A model generated the notes under the pieces. That model worked only from the letters and a program-made list of their open reading frames with translations. It was not told where the DNA came from and did no database searches. The position numbers were made by a program, and so were the translations under genes. Shown piece after piece: positions 20,360 to 29,708 of a stretch of 64,000 nt of DNA (position 1 is the first letter of the stretch; every line of letters begins with the position of its first letter). This stretch comes from Spirochaetia bacterium. Its GTDB lineage: Bacteria; Spirochaetota; Spirochaetia; CAKZLE01. Where the stretch lies: the NCBI GenBank assembly GCA_963677595.1, contig OY782041.1, positions 2,592,001-2,656,000 of the forward strand, written 5' to 3'.

Positions 20360-22135
20360 ATGGGGAAACTGAATTCATGGCGAATACTGACGAATCATGC
20401 ACGGGTGCTCCTCTACCTGCTGCATAACCCCACTGCCCGGGTTCGGACTATTGCAGGCAAGCTCGGGATCACGGAACGTGCCGTCCACAAGCTCATCTCG
20501 GAACTCGAGGAGGAGCACTACCTGTCCAGGAGCCGGGACGGGAGAAGGAACATCTATGAGCTCGACCTCTCTGCGCCAGTGACGATCAATGAGGATGACA
20601 AGCTTACCGTCCGTGAGCTGCTTGAACGGCTCTCGCTGGAGCGGATCGAGCGGCCTGCAGTCTTCCTCGACCGGGACGGCACCCTCATCGAGGACCGGGG
20701 GTACATCTCCTCACCCGACGATATCGTGCTCTTCGATGATACCATCGATGCCCTGCACAGTCTTGCCGGTACCTACGAGCTCTTCGTGGTGACCAACCAG
20801 TCCGGGATCGCCAAAGGGTTGATCAGCCGGGAGGATGCGGACCGGGTGAATGCCGCCCTGGATGCTATCCTGCGGAAAGCGGGGATCACGATCAGGAAGT
20901 GGTATGTCTGCCCGCACAACAGGGAGGACGGCTGTGACTGCATGAAGCCAAGACCTCGGTTCCTCCTGGAGGCCTCCAATGAGTTCAGGGTCGACCTTGC
21001 GAGGTCGTTCACCATCGGGGACCACCCCCATGATGTCCTGACCGGGAGCGAATACGGCTGTACCGGGCTCTACCTGCTCACCGGTCACGGTGAGAAACAT
21101 GCTGCAGAACTCCCGCATGACAAACTGCTCTTCCACAGCCTCTCCGATGCCGTCTCCTGGATCGGGACGCATGGGGATGCGAGAGGATCCCTGGAAGAAG
21201 AGATCGCCCGGGGCGTGAAGGCTATCAGGGAGGGAGGGCTCACCGCCTTCCCGACTGAGACCGTCTACGGCCTCGGGGCTGATGCCATGAACGAGGATGC
21301 GGTCAGGAAGATCTTCATCGCGAAGCAGCGTCCCTTCGAGGACCCGCTGATCTCCCATGTCTCGAGCCGCGATATGGTGCTTCCTATGGTCGGGGAACTT
21401 CCCCCGAAGGCCGTGAAGCTCATGGATGCCTTCTGGCCGGGACCGTTGACCCTCGTCTTCAGGAAGTCCGGACTCGTACCCGATGCCGTCACGGCAGGGA
21501 ACCCGACGGTCGCGATCAGGATGCCGAGCCATCCCGTGGCTCTCGAGCTGATCAGGAGGGCCGGGACACCGATCGCGGCTCCGAGCGCGAACTCCTTCGG
21601 GAAGACATCCCCCACTACCGCACAGCACGTGATCGATCAGCTCGAAGGTCGGTTCGATGCGATCATCGACGGCGGAGCCTGCAGGGTAGGGGTGGAGTCG
21701 ACCGTCCTCTCGATCGTGGATGAGGAACTTCCGGTCCTCCTGAGGCCGGGCGGGGTGACCATCGAGGAGATCGAGGCCGTGATCGGACCGATCACCATGG
21801 CTCTGCCGAAGCAGGAGCTCGTCTTCGACAGCCCCGGGATGTTCCCCTCCCACTATGCCCCGAAGACTCCGATGATCATGGTCGATGACCCGTCGCTCTA
21901 TGCCCATGAGTCCCATATAGCGGTGATGCTCTTCAGGCCGTCAGAGGTCGAGTATGCTGGTGAGGTCTTCACCCTGAGCAGTTCAGGTAATGCAGCCGCA
22001 GCTGCTGCGAGGCTCTATGAGACCATGCGGAGGATCGACCGGCTCGGCCTGCGGCTGATCGTCGCCGAGAAGCTCCCCGAGACCGGTATGGGGGTCGCGG
22101 TGAATGACAGGATGAGCAGGGCAGCCGCCGATTAG
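20360..22135 (+). CDS. Fusion of wHTH, GmhB-like HAD phosphatase and Sua5 (TsaC2) threonylcarbamoyl-AMP synthase
   Basis: HTH (TNHARVL...GITERAVHKLISEL); FLDRDG, CPH..C.C.KP; FPTETVYGLGA, APSAN, PG..HYAP. Confidence 0.88.
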   Translation: MGKLNSWRILTNHARVLLYLLHNPTARVRTIAGKLGITERAVHKLISELEEEHYLSRSRDGRRNIYELDLSAPVTINEDDKLTVRELLERLSLERIERPAVFLDRDGTLIEDRGYISSPDDIVLFDDTIDALHSLAGTYELFVVTNQSGIAKGLISREDADRVNAALDAILRKAGITIRKWYVCPHNREDGCDCMKPRPRFLLEASNEFRVDLARSFTIGDHPHDVLTGSEYGCTGLYLLTGHGEKHAAELPHDKLLFHSLSDAVSWIGTHGDARGSLEEEIARGVKAIREGGLTAFPTETVYGLGADAMNEDAVRKIFIAKQRPFEDPLISHVSSRDMVLPMVGELPPKAVKLMDAFWPGPLTLVFRKSGLVPDAVTAGNPTVAIRMPSHPVALELIRRAGTPIAAPSANSFGKTSPTTAQHVIDQLEGRFDAIIDGGACRVGVESTVLSIVDEELPVLLRPGGVTIEEIEAVIGPITMALPKQELVFDSPGMFPSHYAPKTPMIMVDDPSLYAHESHIAVMLFRPSEVEYAGEVFTLSSSGNAAAAAARLYETMRRIDRLGLRLIVAEKLPETGMGVAVNDRMSRAAAD

Positions 22136-22154
22136 GCGATACCAGCCGGCATAG

Positions 22155-23153
22155 TCACTGCCGGGTCAGGGTATCGTCCTTGATGATGATCGATGCCTGT
22201 GAGAGGACCTCCTCAGGGATCGTGATCCCGAGCTTCTCCGCAGTATCAAGGTTCACCAGCAGCTGGATGTCCTCCGGTTCGGTCATGAAGCCGACCGGTA
22301 TGGAGGCAGGGTCTGCTCCCTCCAGGAGTTCTGCAGCCATACGTGCCGTGGCTCTTCCGAGTTTGTAGTAGTCGAATCCCCAGGCGAGCATGATATCCAA
22401 ACCCTCTGCCGAGGTAGTATCGGCACTCATGATCGGGATGCCTGCGTTCAGGGCAACATCAGCGAGGGCGGGAAGGGCCGAGACGACGGTGTTGTCATTG
22501 GAGACGTAGAACCCGTCCACCCTGCCCGCGATCGCCTGGGCTGCCTGCTTCACCTCCGAGCTGTTGGTAACCGAGGAGGGGACGTACTCGATCCCGAGCT
22601 TGTCACAGACCTCTTCGGCCATCCCTGCCAGCAGGACCGCGTTCGCCTCCCCGCTGGTATAGACGACACCGAGACGCCTGATCCCCGCAACCTCTTTCAG
22701 GAGGCTGATCTGTGCCGCTACCGGGGTCAGGTCCGATACTCCGCACACATTCCCGATACCATGGTCATAGGTCTCCACCAGCCCCGCCGCGATCGGCTCG
22801 GTCACTGCCGAGAAGAGTACGGGGCTGTCAGTGATTGTGTTGGCCAGCGCCTGGGACGTCGGGGTGGCGATCCCGATAGCGAGGTCCACCCGGTCCGCCT
22901 TGAACTTCCCGGCGATGGAGTTCGCTGTTGCGATATCCCCGTTGGCCTGCTGCAGGTCGAAGGTGATGTCATCGTAGCCTGCGTCCCGCAGCCCGTCGAT
23001 GATTCCCTGCTCGATCGCGTCCAGCGCGGGGTGGGTAATGATCTTCGAGATCCCCACGGTGACCTTCCCGTCGTCCTTCCTGCAGCCGGTCAGCCCGGTG
23101 AGGCCTAGAAGTATGATGATGATCGCCGCAGCGATCGCAGATGACTTCTTCAT
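22155..23153 (-). CDS. ABC substrate-binding lipoprotein (DUF534/TrpX-like)
   Basis: Lipobox LTGC; HPALDA, IATP, SNDNTV. Confidence 0.9.
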   Translation of the reverse strand: MKKSSAIAAAIIIILLGLTGLTGCRKDDGKVTVGISKIITHPALDAIEQGIIDGLRDAGYDDITFDLQQANGDIATANSIAGKFKADRVDLAIGIATPTSQALANTITDSPVLFSAVTEPIAAGLVETYDHGIGNVCGVSDLTPVAAQISLLKEVAGIRRLGVVYTSGEANAVLLAGMAEEVCDKLGIEYVPSSVTNSSEVKQAAQAIAGRVDGFYVSNDNTVVSALPALADVALNAGIPIMSADTTSAEGLDIMLAWGFDYYKLGRATARMAAELLEGADPASIPVGFMTEPEDIQLLVNLDTAEKLGITIPEEVLSQASIIIKDDTLTRQ

Positions 23154-23296
23154 GTCTTGTCCTTCCTATAATGTTTCTATCGATAGAAACAATTTGCAGG
23201 ATTACTATATATGTTTCTACGAATAGAATCAATAGGGTCTGAAGAATTATAATGTCCACATAAGAGATTGATGCTTTCAGTCTCTTATTCTGGAAG

Positions 23297-23500
23297 GTTC
23301 GATGTTATTCTGGACTTGACGGAGTCCGGAAGCCGGTGGTCATGCGACTACGTTTGTGAAACACGTCTGTTGACGGTGATTTCTTTGAAGAAAATACACA
23401 GACGCCGGCCATCGAAGTATAAGGTGGGACTGATGGAGGATGGTGAGCATCCGGTCATATCCTCCATCTGAGCCCGATAATAAAAATGAAAACAACGAAC
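23297..23500 (+). ncRNA. Predicted bridge RNA of IS110 element 2
   Basis: Closing stem gttcgatgtt/aacaacgaac; same scaffold motifs as 1662-1850; target match tgaagaaaa 23386-23394; donor matches 23418-23422 and 23479-23484. Confidence 0.8.
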
Positions 23501-23554
23501 TGCTAAAAAGCCTTCCGGATATCTTCCGCCAATCTATTTTTAGGAGGTGGCAAG

Positions 23555-24706
23555 ATGAATGGAAACTTGCCAGAAGGTTCTCGGATCATAGGGCTCGACC
23601 TATCCAAGAAATCGTTCACAGGATGTATCCTCTCCGGTACGGGTTACGTGAAGAAGCAGTACTTTTCGGGGAAGATGACGCAGGAAGACCAGGGGTGGAA
23701 ACTCATACGTGACTACATCCATGACGGAGACCTGGTACTCATGGAGGCAGGCACCTCATCGTTCACGTTAGCCCGGTACCTGCAGCGACGTTCGAAAGCG
23801 AGTAAGGTGATCGTCTTGAATCCCGGTACGCTGCGCATCATCTGGATGAGCCATCAGAAGAATGACAAAGCAGATTCGGCAAAGATTGCCTGTGTCGCCA
23901 GGGACATGCCTGAGGAGGCCTGGCCGGTAGTTCCTATACCTACCGATCAGGAGCAGGCAGAACGATCATGTATCACCCTGTATGTGTTCTTTAAACGGGA
24001 AGAGACGCAGTTGATCAACCGTCTGTATGCGCTGTATAACTCACTGGGCTATCCGGAGATCTCCCCAGCGATCCTCAAGGAGCAGCCGGAGGGACGGCAT
24101 GCGTTAGCCCGGAAGTTGTTGTCTGACTGCCCGACAGCCTTGGATGGGGCAGTCCTGCTGAATGAGCAGCTTGAGTTGACGCAGCATCATATTGAGGTGA
24201 TGATCGATAAACTGCGGAGCATCTGTCTGGCCCATCCGAAGCAGGCGCTCTCCTGGTTCTCGATACCGGGTATCGGCCTCATTAATGCAGCTACGTTACT
24301 AGCCTACATCGGAGATGGTTCACGATTCACCAAATCGTGCCAGCTGCTCAACTATGCAGGCCTCATCCCCAAGCAGGATCAAAGTGGTACAGTCGATAAG
24401 CATCTTGGGATCACCCATCGGGGCAATGCCTACATCCGCAGGAACATCGTCCAGGGAGCCTGGAGAGTCTCGAATATGAAGCCGGTTTGCCAGATTACCA
24501 AGTTCGCATATCATAAGAAAATGGCAGGAAAGAAGAAGCAGATAGTCGCTATAGCAGTCGCGAACAAGATGCTTCGAACGGGGTTGGCTATGCTGCATTC
24601 AGGAGAACTCTATTACCCCACGATCGAGGAGGGATACGCCAAGCTCGAAGCAAAGCTTCGATCGTACAAAGTACAGGCCCTTATGAATTCCATAGCAGAA
24701 AGGTAA
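23555..24706 (+). CDS. IS110-family transposase/recombinase
   Basis: IIGLDLSKK, LMEAG, KNDKADS, SIPGIG, DQSG; clear paralogue of 1910-3079. Confidence 0.95.
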   Translation: MNGNLPEGSRIIGLDLSKKSFTGCILSGTGYVKKQYFSGKMTQEDQGWKLIRDYIHDGDLVLMEAGTSSFTLARYLQRRSKASKVIVLNPGTLRIIWMSHQKNDKADSAKIACVARDMPEEAWPVVPIPTDQEQAERSCITLYVFFKREETQLINRLYALYNSLGYPEISPAILKEQPEGRHALARKLLSDCPTALDGAVLLNEQLELTQHHIEVMIDKLRSICLAHPKQALSWFSIPGIGLINAATLLAYIGDGSRFTKSCQLLNYAGLIPKQDQSGTVDKHLGITHRGNAYIRRNIVQGAWRVSNMKPVCQITKFAYHKKMAGKKKQIVAIAVANKMLRTGLAMLHSGELYYPTIEEGYAKLEAKLRSYKVQALMNSIAER

Positions 24707-24713
24707 TTTCATA

Positions 24714-25947
24714 GGCTCTTTTCGTAAGTTTTAGTTATGGGCTATCGGCTGCAAGATCTTAGGAAATTCAAGATTTCTGACCTGCTTTGTCGTAGCCGTT
24801 TCCTTCCCCGGTACCATCAGAGATTTAAGAATGTCCACTTTTTCTGATAACCGTTTCGGTTTGTTCACTAACTTCCAAGCTTCCCACATAATATACAACT
24901 CAGCATTCTTCGTGGCAAAACTCGATCGGCTATGAGCTTTCTCTGCAATAATCGAGTGTAACGCATTCACCATCTGCAGATTGAACTGGCCATATCGCGA
25001 TTCCGTCTTTGAATCAAGCGCAACATGGGATAGTCCAGAATCCTGGGCAAACTTTATTCCGCCCTTGCTCTTATCGGTTACCAGAATCGCCTGAGTATTC
25101 AGCCGAGTGTCAAACGCATACCCCAAGCCCTCACTGCTGACCGTACCTCTCCCGATGGGTTTGCCAATCACATTGCGATCTTCATCTATCGCTGTAGCGA
25201 TGCAGACCTTATCCCTGCTCAACCCGCGTTTTTTGTCCTGGGAGCCACGCTGGTGAGGATGATCTCGGAATCCATACTTCTTATAGTCGGGGATCATGTC
25301 CGTATAGTCCTGTTCGATCCCTAAGTTTGCTACACTCTTCTTATTGCCCTTAAAGCTTGCTGGAAGATAGAATTCGTCTTCTTGGATGATCCCGGTTAGG
25401 ATTTTCCCCTCGACCGAATTCCCCACATGATTGAACAGCTTCATCCGCCATGCATGTGCTGTAGCTAGGGATATGTGGCACTTTTCAGACAAGATGGTTA
25501 ACGTATCATTACACAGCATGCCCTCGATGAAGGTATCCCAGGCTTGGTTTGAGGTTGCGCTGCCTTGCGATACCCGCCCTGTAGATACCCCAAAATATGA
25601 TCGGCACTCATTGCATCGATATCTTGGTTTCCCATATGCAGAACCGTTCTTCACCACATGAGTCGACCCACAGGTCGGACAACATATTGGTGTCGAACCT
25701 GCCTCCGGCTGCTTCCTGCCAGCTTCCAATGGAGAAACAGATTCAGTATTGTCAGGGGAAAGGCCATTTTCCTCTATCAAGGTATTCACGATTGTGATGA
25801 TGGCTTTTTTCTCTTCAACATCCTTCAGAGCATCCAGCATCTGCTGATAGATTTCCAATGCAATTTGTTCGTTACTTCCCATAGCTATAGTATAGCAGAT
25901 TTAAGGCCTGCTGTATACAAAAATCACTTTATCTTACGAAAAGAGCC
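24714..25947 (-). mobile_element. IS1595-family element (ISPna2-like)
   Basis: 15-bp perfect TIR ggctcttttcgtaag; 8-bp TSD atttcata (24706-24713 and 25948-25955). Confidence 0.93.
24731..25882 (-). CDS. IS1595-family transposase
   Basis: Zn ribbon CPTC..C..C, HTH, QEDEFY / LVTDK / VNALHS (DDN-type triad). Confidence 0.92.
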   Translation of the reverse strand: MGSNEQIALEIYQQMLDALKDVEEKKAIITIVNTLIEENGLSPDNTESVSPLEAGRKQPEAGSTPICCPTCGSTHVVKNGSAYGKPRYRCNECRSYFGVSTGRVSQGSATSNQAWDTFIEGMLCNDTLTILSEKCHISLATAHAWRMKLFNHVGNSVEGKILTGIIQEDEFYLPASFKGNKKSVANLGIEQDYTDMIPDYKKYGFRDHPHQRGSQDKKRGLSRDKVCIATAIDEDRNVIGKPIGRGTVSSEGLGYAFDTRLNTQAILVTDKSKGGIKFAQDSGLSHVALDSKTESRYGQFNLQMVNALHSIIAEKAHSRSSFATKNAELYIMWEAWKLVNKPKRLSEKVDILKSLMVPGKETATTKQVRNLEFPKILQPIAHN

Positions 25948-26178
25948 ATTTCATAAGAGCCCCATAATTCAAAGTACCTCAGCGTTTCGCCTGTGTCTAT
26001 TCATAGGCTAGTATCATTATATGCAGATGTCAAGATTTAGATATGTTTAAAGTTTACTCTTGACTTATGTGGACAAATAAAAACATGAGAAAATATCTCG
26101 TCAGGGAATGGCAGGCGGTCCCAACCTACTGGACAACCGTGTCGTGGCGATTATGCTTACCTCAAGGGAGGATACCGC

Positions 26179-26817
26179 ATGCTCAAGGAACACCAGTTGA
26201 AGACGATACGATCATATGAGAAGACAGCCGGCCGCTTTCGTGATACCGTGGCTCTCCTCGATAACTACCATGAGACCTATGACTACCTGCTCTCCCTCCT
26301 GCATGCCGGTGACTCGGTGCTCGACCTTGCCTGCGGCCCGGGAAATATCAGCGGGTATCTTGCGGACCGGATGGGACTCAGGATCACCGGATTCGACCTG
26401 TCTGAGCATATGCTTTCGCTGGCTCGTGCACGGGTCCCAACTGGTGAGTTCCGGGTACAGTCGATCATAGACTTCTCCCTTACAGTCCCAGTCGACCTCG
26501 TGGTCAACGGGTTCGGCCTCCCGTACCTGGATGATGGACAGGTCGACTCTTCACTTGCGGCCTCCTGCAGTGTGCTCAAGGATGGGGGGTATCTCTATCT
26601 CAGCTTCATGAACGGCATGGGTGAGGGGTTCGAGATCACCTCCTTTGGCGGGGCTGAGGAATTCTATGTGCACTATCATGACCGGGAACAGGTCAGGGGA
26701 AAGCTTGCTGCCGCAGGGTGTACCCTGATCAGGGAATGGACCCTTCCGTACACCGAGCCTGATGGCTCGGTCACTGATGACCTCATCCTCCTGCTGCAGA
26801 AATGCATACAAATTTGA
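26179..26817 (+). CDS. Class I SAM-dependent methyltransferase
   Basis: VLDLACGPG, GFDLS, LKDGGYLYLS. Confidence 0.9.
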   Translation: MLKEHQLKTIRSYEKTAGRFRDTVALLDNYHETYDYLLSLLHAGDSVLDLACGPGNISGYLADRMGLRITGFDLSEHMLSLARARVPTGEFRVQSIIDFSLTVPVDLVVNGFGLPYLDDGQVDSSLAASCSVLKDGGYLYLSFMNGMGEGFEITSFGGAEEFYVHYHDREQVRGKLAAAGCTLIREWTLPYTEPDGSVTDDLILLLQKCIQI

Positions 26818-26855
26818 CTTGACTTCTTTCTTGTGAAAGCATACCCTTTTAATAT

Positions 26856-26874
26856 AGTAATACAAAGTATTACT
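26856..26874. promoter_or_regulatory. Candidate operator upstream of the RHH-znu operon
   Basis: Palindrome agtaatac-aaa-gtattact just before the RBS. Confidence 0.6.
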
Positions 26875-26892
26875 TATGATCGGAGGTACGCT

Positions 26893-27174
26893 ATGAAGAA
26901 GGAGAGTGTCATCACATTCAAGGCTGACCAGAAGCTGTCTGAGCTGCTGCAGGATATACCGAACCGGTCAGATTTCATCCGGAAAGCTGTCCTCGAGGCC
27001 CTAAACTCGACTTGCCCGCTCTGTAACGGGACCGGTATCCTTACCCCGTCCCAGCGGAAGCACTGGGATGAGTTCTCCGAGCATCACCATGTTGCTAAGT
27101 GCAGCGAGGGATGCGGGGAGCGGATCCTCTTCTGCGATTACCAGGAACCCGGAGAACATGGAGGTGAACTATGA
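26893..27174 (+). CDS. CopG/RHH regulator with Cys/His-rich C-terminus
   Basis: VITFKAD...NRSDFIRKAV; CPLC, HHH, CSEGC, C; RBS GGAGG. Confidence 0.8.
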   Translation: MKKESVITFKADQKLSELLQDIPNRSDFIRKAVLEALNSTCPLCNGTGILTPSQRKHWDEFSEHHHVAKCSEGCGERILFCDYQEPGEHGGEL

Positions 27175-28106
27175 AACGACTACTGCTAATTGTGAGCCTG
27201 TTTTTCTCCGTCCTCTCGCTCTTCGCGGGCGGGACCGCTGAGTCATCCGGGGATGATTCCCGGCAGGATGTGTTCGTATCGATCCTTCCCCAGACCTATC
27301 TCGTAGAGAAGATAGGGGGGGAGCGGGTATCGGTCGAGGTCATGGTACCTCCCGGGAAGAATCCCGCGACCTATGAGCCGACTCCTCGACAGGTGAGTGC
27401 CCTCGGAGCTGCTGATGTATTCTTCACGATCGGTGTCGCGTTCGAGGATGCGTTCCTCCCGGTCATCGAGTCGAACCTACCTGGCCTCCCGGTCATCGCA
27501 GGCGATGGTGGGATCACCAAACGTACCATTGAGGACCATGACCATGGGGATGAGGAGGAAGGTCATGATCATGAAGAAGAGGGCCCTGACCAGGAGGAAG
27601 AGGAAGGACATGAGGCTCCAGACCCCCATATATGGATGGACCCGCTGCTGATGAAGCAGCAGGCACAGACGATCAGGGACGCCCTGATCGAGCTGGACCC
27701 AGAGGGTGAGAGTATCTACACCACAGGCTATGCAGCCGCTGCTGAGGAGCTGGACTCCCTCCATGGGCACCTTACGGAGGTCCTGGCTCCCCATCGTGGG
27801 GAATCCCTCTTCGTCTACCATCCGGCCTTCGGGTACTTCGCCGACCGGTACGGGCTTACACAGGTCTCGATCGAGACCGGCGGGAAGGAGCCGACACCTG
27901 CACAGCTGGAAGCGATCATAGAGCATGCGCTCGAGGAACACATACAGATCATATTCGTACAGCCGGAGTTTCCCGTGAAGAGTGCCCAGGCTGTCGCGAA
28001 GGCAATAGGCGGCACCGTGATCCCGGTGACACCGCTTCGTTCCGATTACATCGAGGGCATGGAGGAGCTTGCGCAGGCCATCCTCGAAGGAGGGGCACAT
28101 GAATGA
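27171..28106 (+). CDS. znuA: Zn/Mn ABC substrate-binding protein
   Basis: YEPTP, His/Glu-rich loop, DPHIW, HPAFGYF. Confidence 0.92.
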   Translation: MKRLLLIVSLFFSVLSLFAGGTAESSGDDSRQDVFVSILPQTYLVEKIGGERVSVEVMVPPGKNPATYEPTPRQVSALGAADVFFTIGVAFEDAFLPVIESNLPGLPVIAGDGGITKRTIEDHDHGDEEEGHDHEEEGPDQEEEEGHEAPDPHIWMDPLLMKQQAQTIRDALIELDPEGESIYTTGYAAAAEELDSLHGHLTEVLAPHRGESLFVYHPAFGYFADRYGLTQVSIETGGKEPTPAQLEAIIEHALEEHIQIIFVQPEFPVKSAQAVAKAIGGTVIPVTPLRSDYIEGMEELAQAILEGGAHE

Positions 28107-28854
28107 CCAGACAGTGATCACCGCTGAGCATCTCACCTTCTCCTACGGCAGCAGCCCGATCTTCTCGGACCTGAGCTTCGAGGTCCACGCCCATGAGATG
28201 GTGACGGTCGTGGGGCCGAACGGCGGGGGGAAGACCACGCTGCTGCAGCTGCTGCTCGGGTTCATCGAGCCCGAGAGCGGGAGCATCAGGATCATGGGAC
28301 ACTCTCCCCATGAGGCAGGGGCGCACATCGGTTATGTGCCGCAGTACGCGAAGTATGATGAGAAGTTCCCCATCACCGTGATGGAGGTCGTGCTGATCGG
28401 GAGGATCCGGAACTTCTTCGGCTACTACTCGGCAGAGGACCGGAGGATGGCTCTCGAGGCCATGGAACGGGTCGGGGTGGCGAACCTCGCCAAGGAGGCG
28501 TTCTCTGCGCTCTCCGGCGGGCAGCGGCAGCGGGTACTCATCGCGAGGGCGCTGGTCAGCAACCCGGAGATCCTCCTGCTCGATGAGCCGACGGCCAACA
28601 TCGATGCCTTCATGAGTGAGAAGTTCATCTCGCTCGTCGAGGAGCTCGCGAAGGAGAAGACCGTCCTCTTCGTCACCCATGATACCGGTTTCGTCTCCGA
28701 TTTCACCGACCGGGTATTCTGTATCAACCGGGGGCTTCATGAGCACCCCGTCGATGACATCTCAGGGACTCAGATCCTCCAGGCTTACGGGCACCCGGTC
28801 AGGAGTGTCCGCCATGATATTAAACTCAATGAAGGGGGGGTAGGATCATGTTAG
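28099..28854 (+). CDS. znuC: Metal ABC ATP-binding protein
   Basis: GPNGGGKT, YVPQ, LSGGQRQR, LLDEPT. Confidence 0.92.
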   Translation: MNDQTVITAEHLTFSYGSSPIFSDLSFEVHAHEMVTVVGPNGGGKTTLLQLLLGFIEPESGSIRIMGHSPHEAGAHIGYVPQYAKYDEKFPITVMEVVLIGRIRNFFGYYSAEDRRMALEAMERVGVANLAKEAFSALSGGQRQRVLIARALVSNPEILLLDEPTANIDAFMSEKFISLVEELAKEKTVLFVTHDTGFVSDFTDRVFCINRGLHEHPVDDISGTQILQAYGHPVRSVRHDIKLNEGGVGSC

Positions 28855-29708
28855 AGTTCTTTTCTGCCGTAGCAAACCCCATGGTGCCGTTCATACGGTA
28901 CGCACTCATCGCAGGCCTGCTCTCCTCCATAGCGTTCGGGATGGTAGGCTCATTCGTCGTCGTGAGGCGGATCACCTATATAGCGGGGGCGATCAGCCAT
29001 GCTGCATTGGCAGGGCTCGGAGCCTCGGTCTATTTGAGTACCGTCTACTCGATCACCTGGCTGACTCCGCTGGCGGGGGCCATGGCTGCGGCAGTCCTCT
29101 CCGCCTGGTCCATCGGCTGGGTCTCACTCTATGCCTCGGAACGGGAGGACACGGTGATCGGGACGATCTGGGCGGTAGGCATGGCGATCGGGCTGATCTT
29201 CATCGCGAAGACCCCTGGGTACATCGACCCGATGAGCTACCTCTTCGGGAACATCCTGCTGATCGGGAAGGGGGACCTCCTGCTGATCACGGTGCTCAAT
29301 ATCGTGGTGGTCGGGGTGATCATCCTCTTCTACCCGCAGCTGAAGGCCCTGAGCTTCGACGAGCCCTTCGCAAGGACGAGACGGGTCCCGACCGGCTTCT
29401 TCACGATGCTGCTGCTGACGGTGATCGCCTTCACCGTCGTACTGATGGTCTCCACGGTGGGGATCGTCATGGTGATCGCCATGCTCACCATCCCGGCCGC
29501 GACCGGCGGGCTGCTGGTGAAGCGGCTGTTTCCCATGATGGTGTTGGCAGGCCTCTTCTGCGCCGTCTCGAATACGTTAGGTCTCGGGATCAGCTACACC
29601 CTGGATCTCCCCACCGGTGCGACGAGCATCCTGGTAAGCGGTGTGATCTACCTTGCGGTCCTGCTCTCTAAGAAGGTACGAAGACGCATCCGGCCTCAGA
29701 CAGACTGA
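28848..29708 (+). CDS. znuB: Metal ABC permease
   Basis: GAISHAALAG, YLFGNIL. Confidence 0.92.
   Translation: MLEFFSAVANPMVPFIRYALIAGLLSSIAFGMVGSFVVVRRITYIAGAISHAALAGLGASVYLSTVYSITWLTPLAGAMAAAVLSAWSIGWVSLYASEREDTVIGTIWAVGMAIGLIFIAKTPGYIDPMSYLFGNILLIGKGDLLLITVLNIVVVGVIILFYPQLKALSFDEPFARTRRVPTGFFTMLLLTVIAFTVVLMVSTVGIVMVIAMLTIPAATGGLLVKRLFPMMVLAGLFCAVSNTLGLGISYTLDLPTGATSILVSGVIYLAVLLSKKVRRRIRPQTD

Larger units (their letters stand above)
23245..26081 (+). mobile_element. IS110-family element 2 (contains a nested IS1595)
   Basis: Perfect 12-bp subterminal IRs tgtccacataag (23253-23264) / cttatgtggaca (26064-26075); AA core in the same register as element 1. Confidence 0.88.

Noticed and set aside
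20711-21916. Long antisense ORFs (also 54189-55382, 14075-14854 and many others)
   Set aside because: Shadow frames of well-supported GC-rich genes
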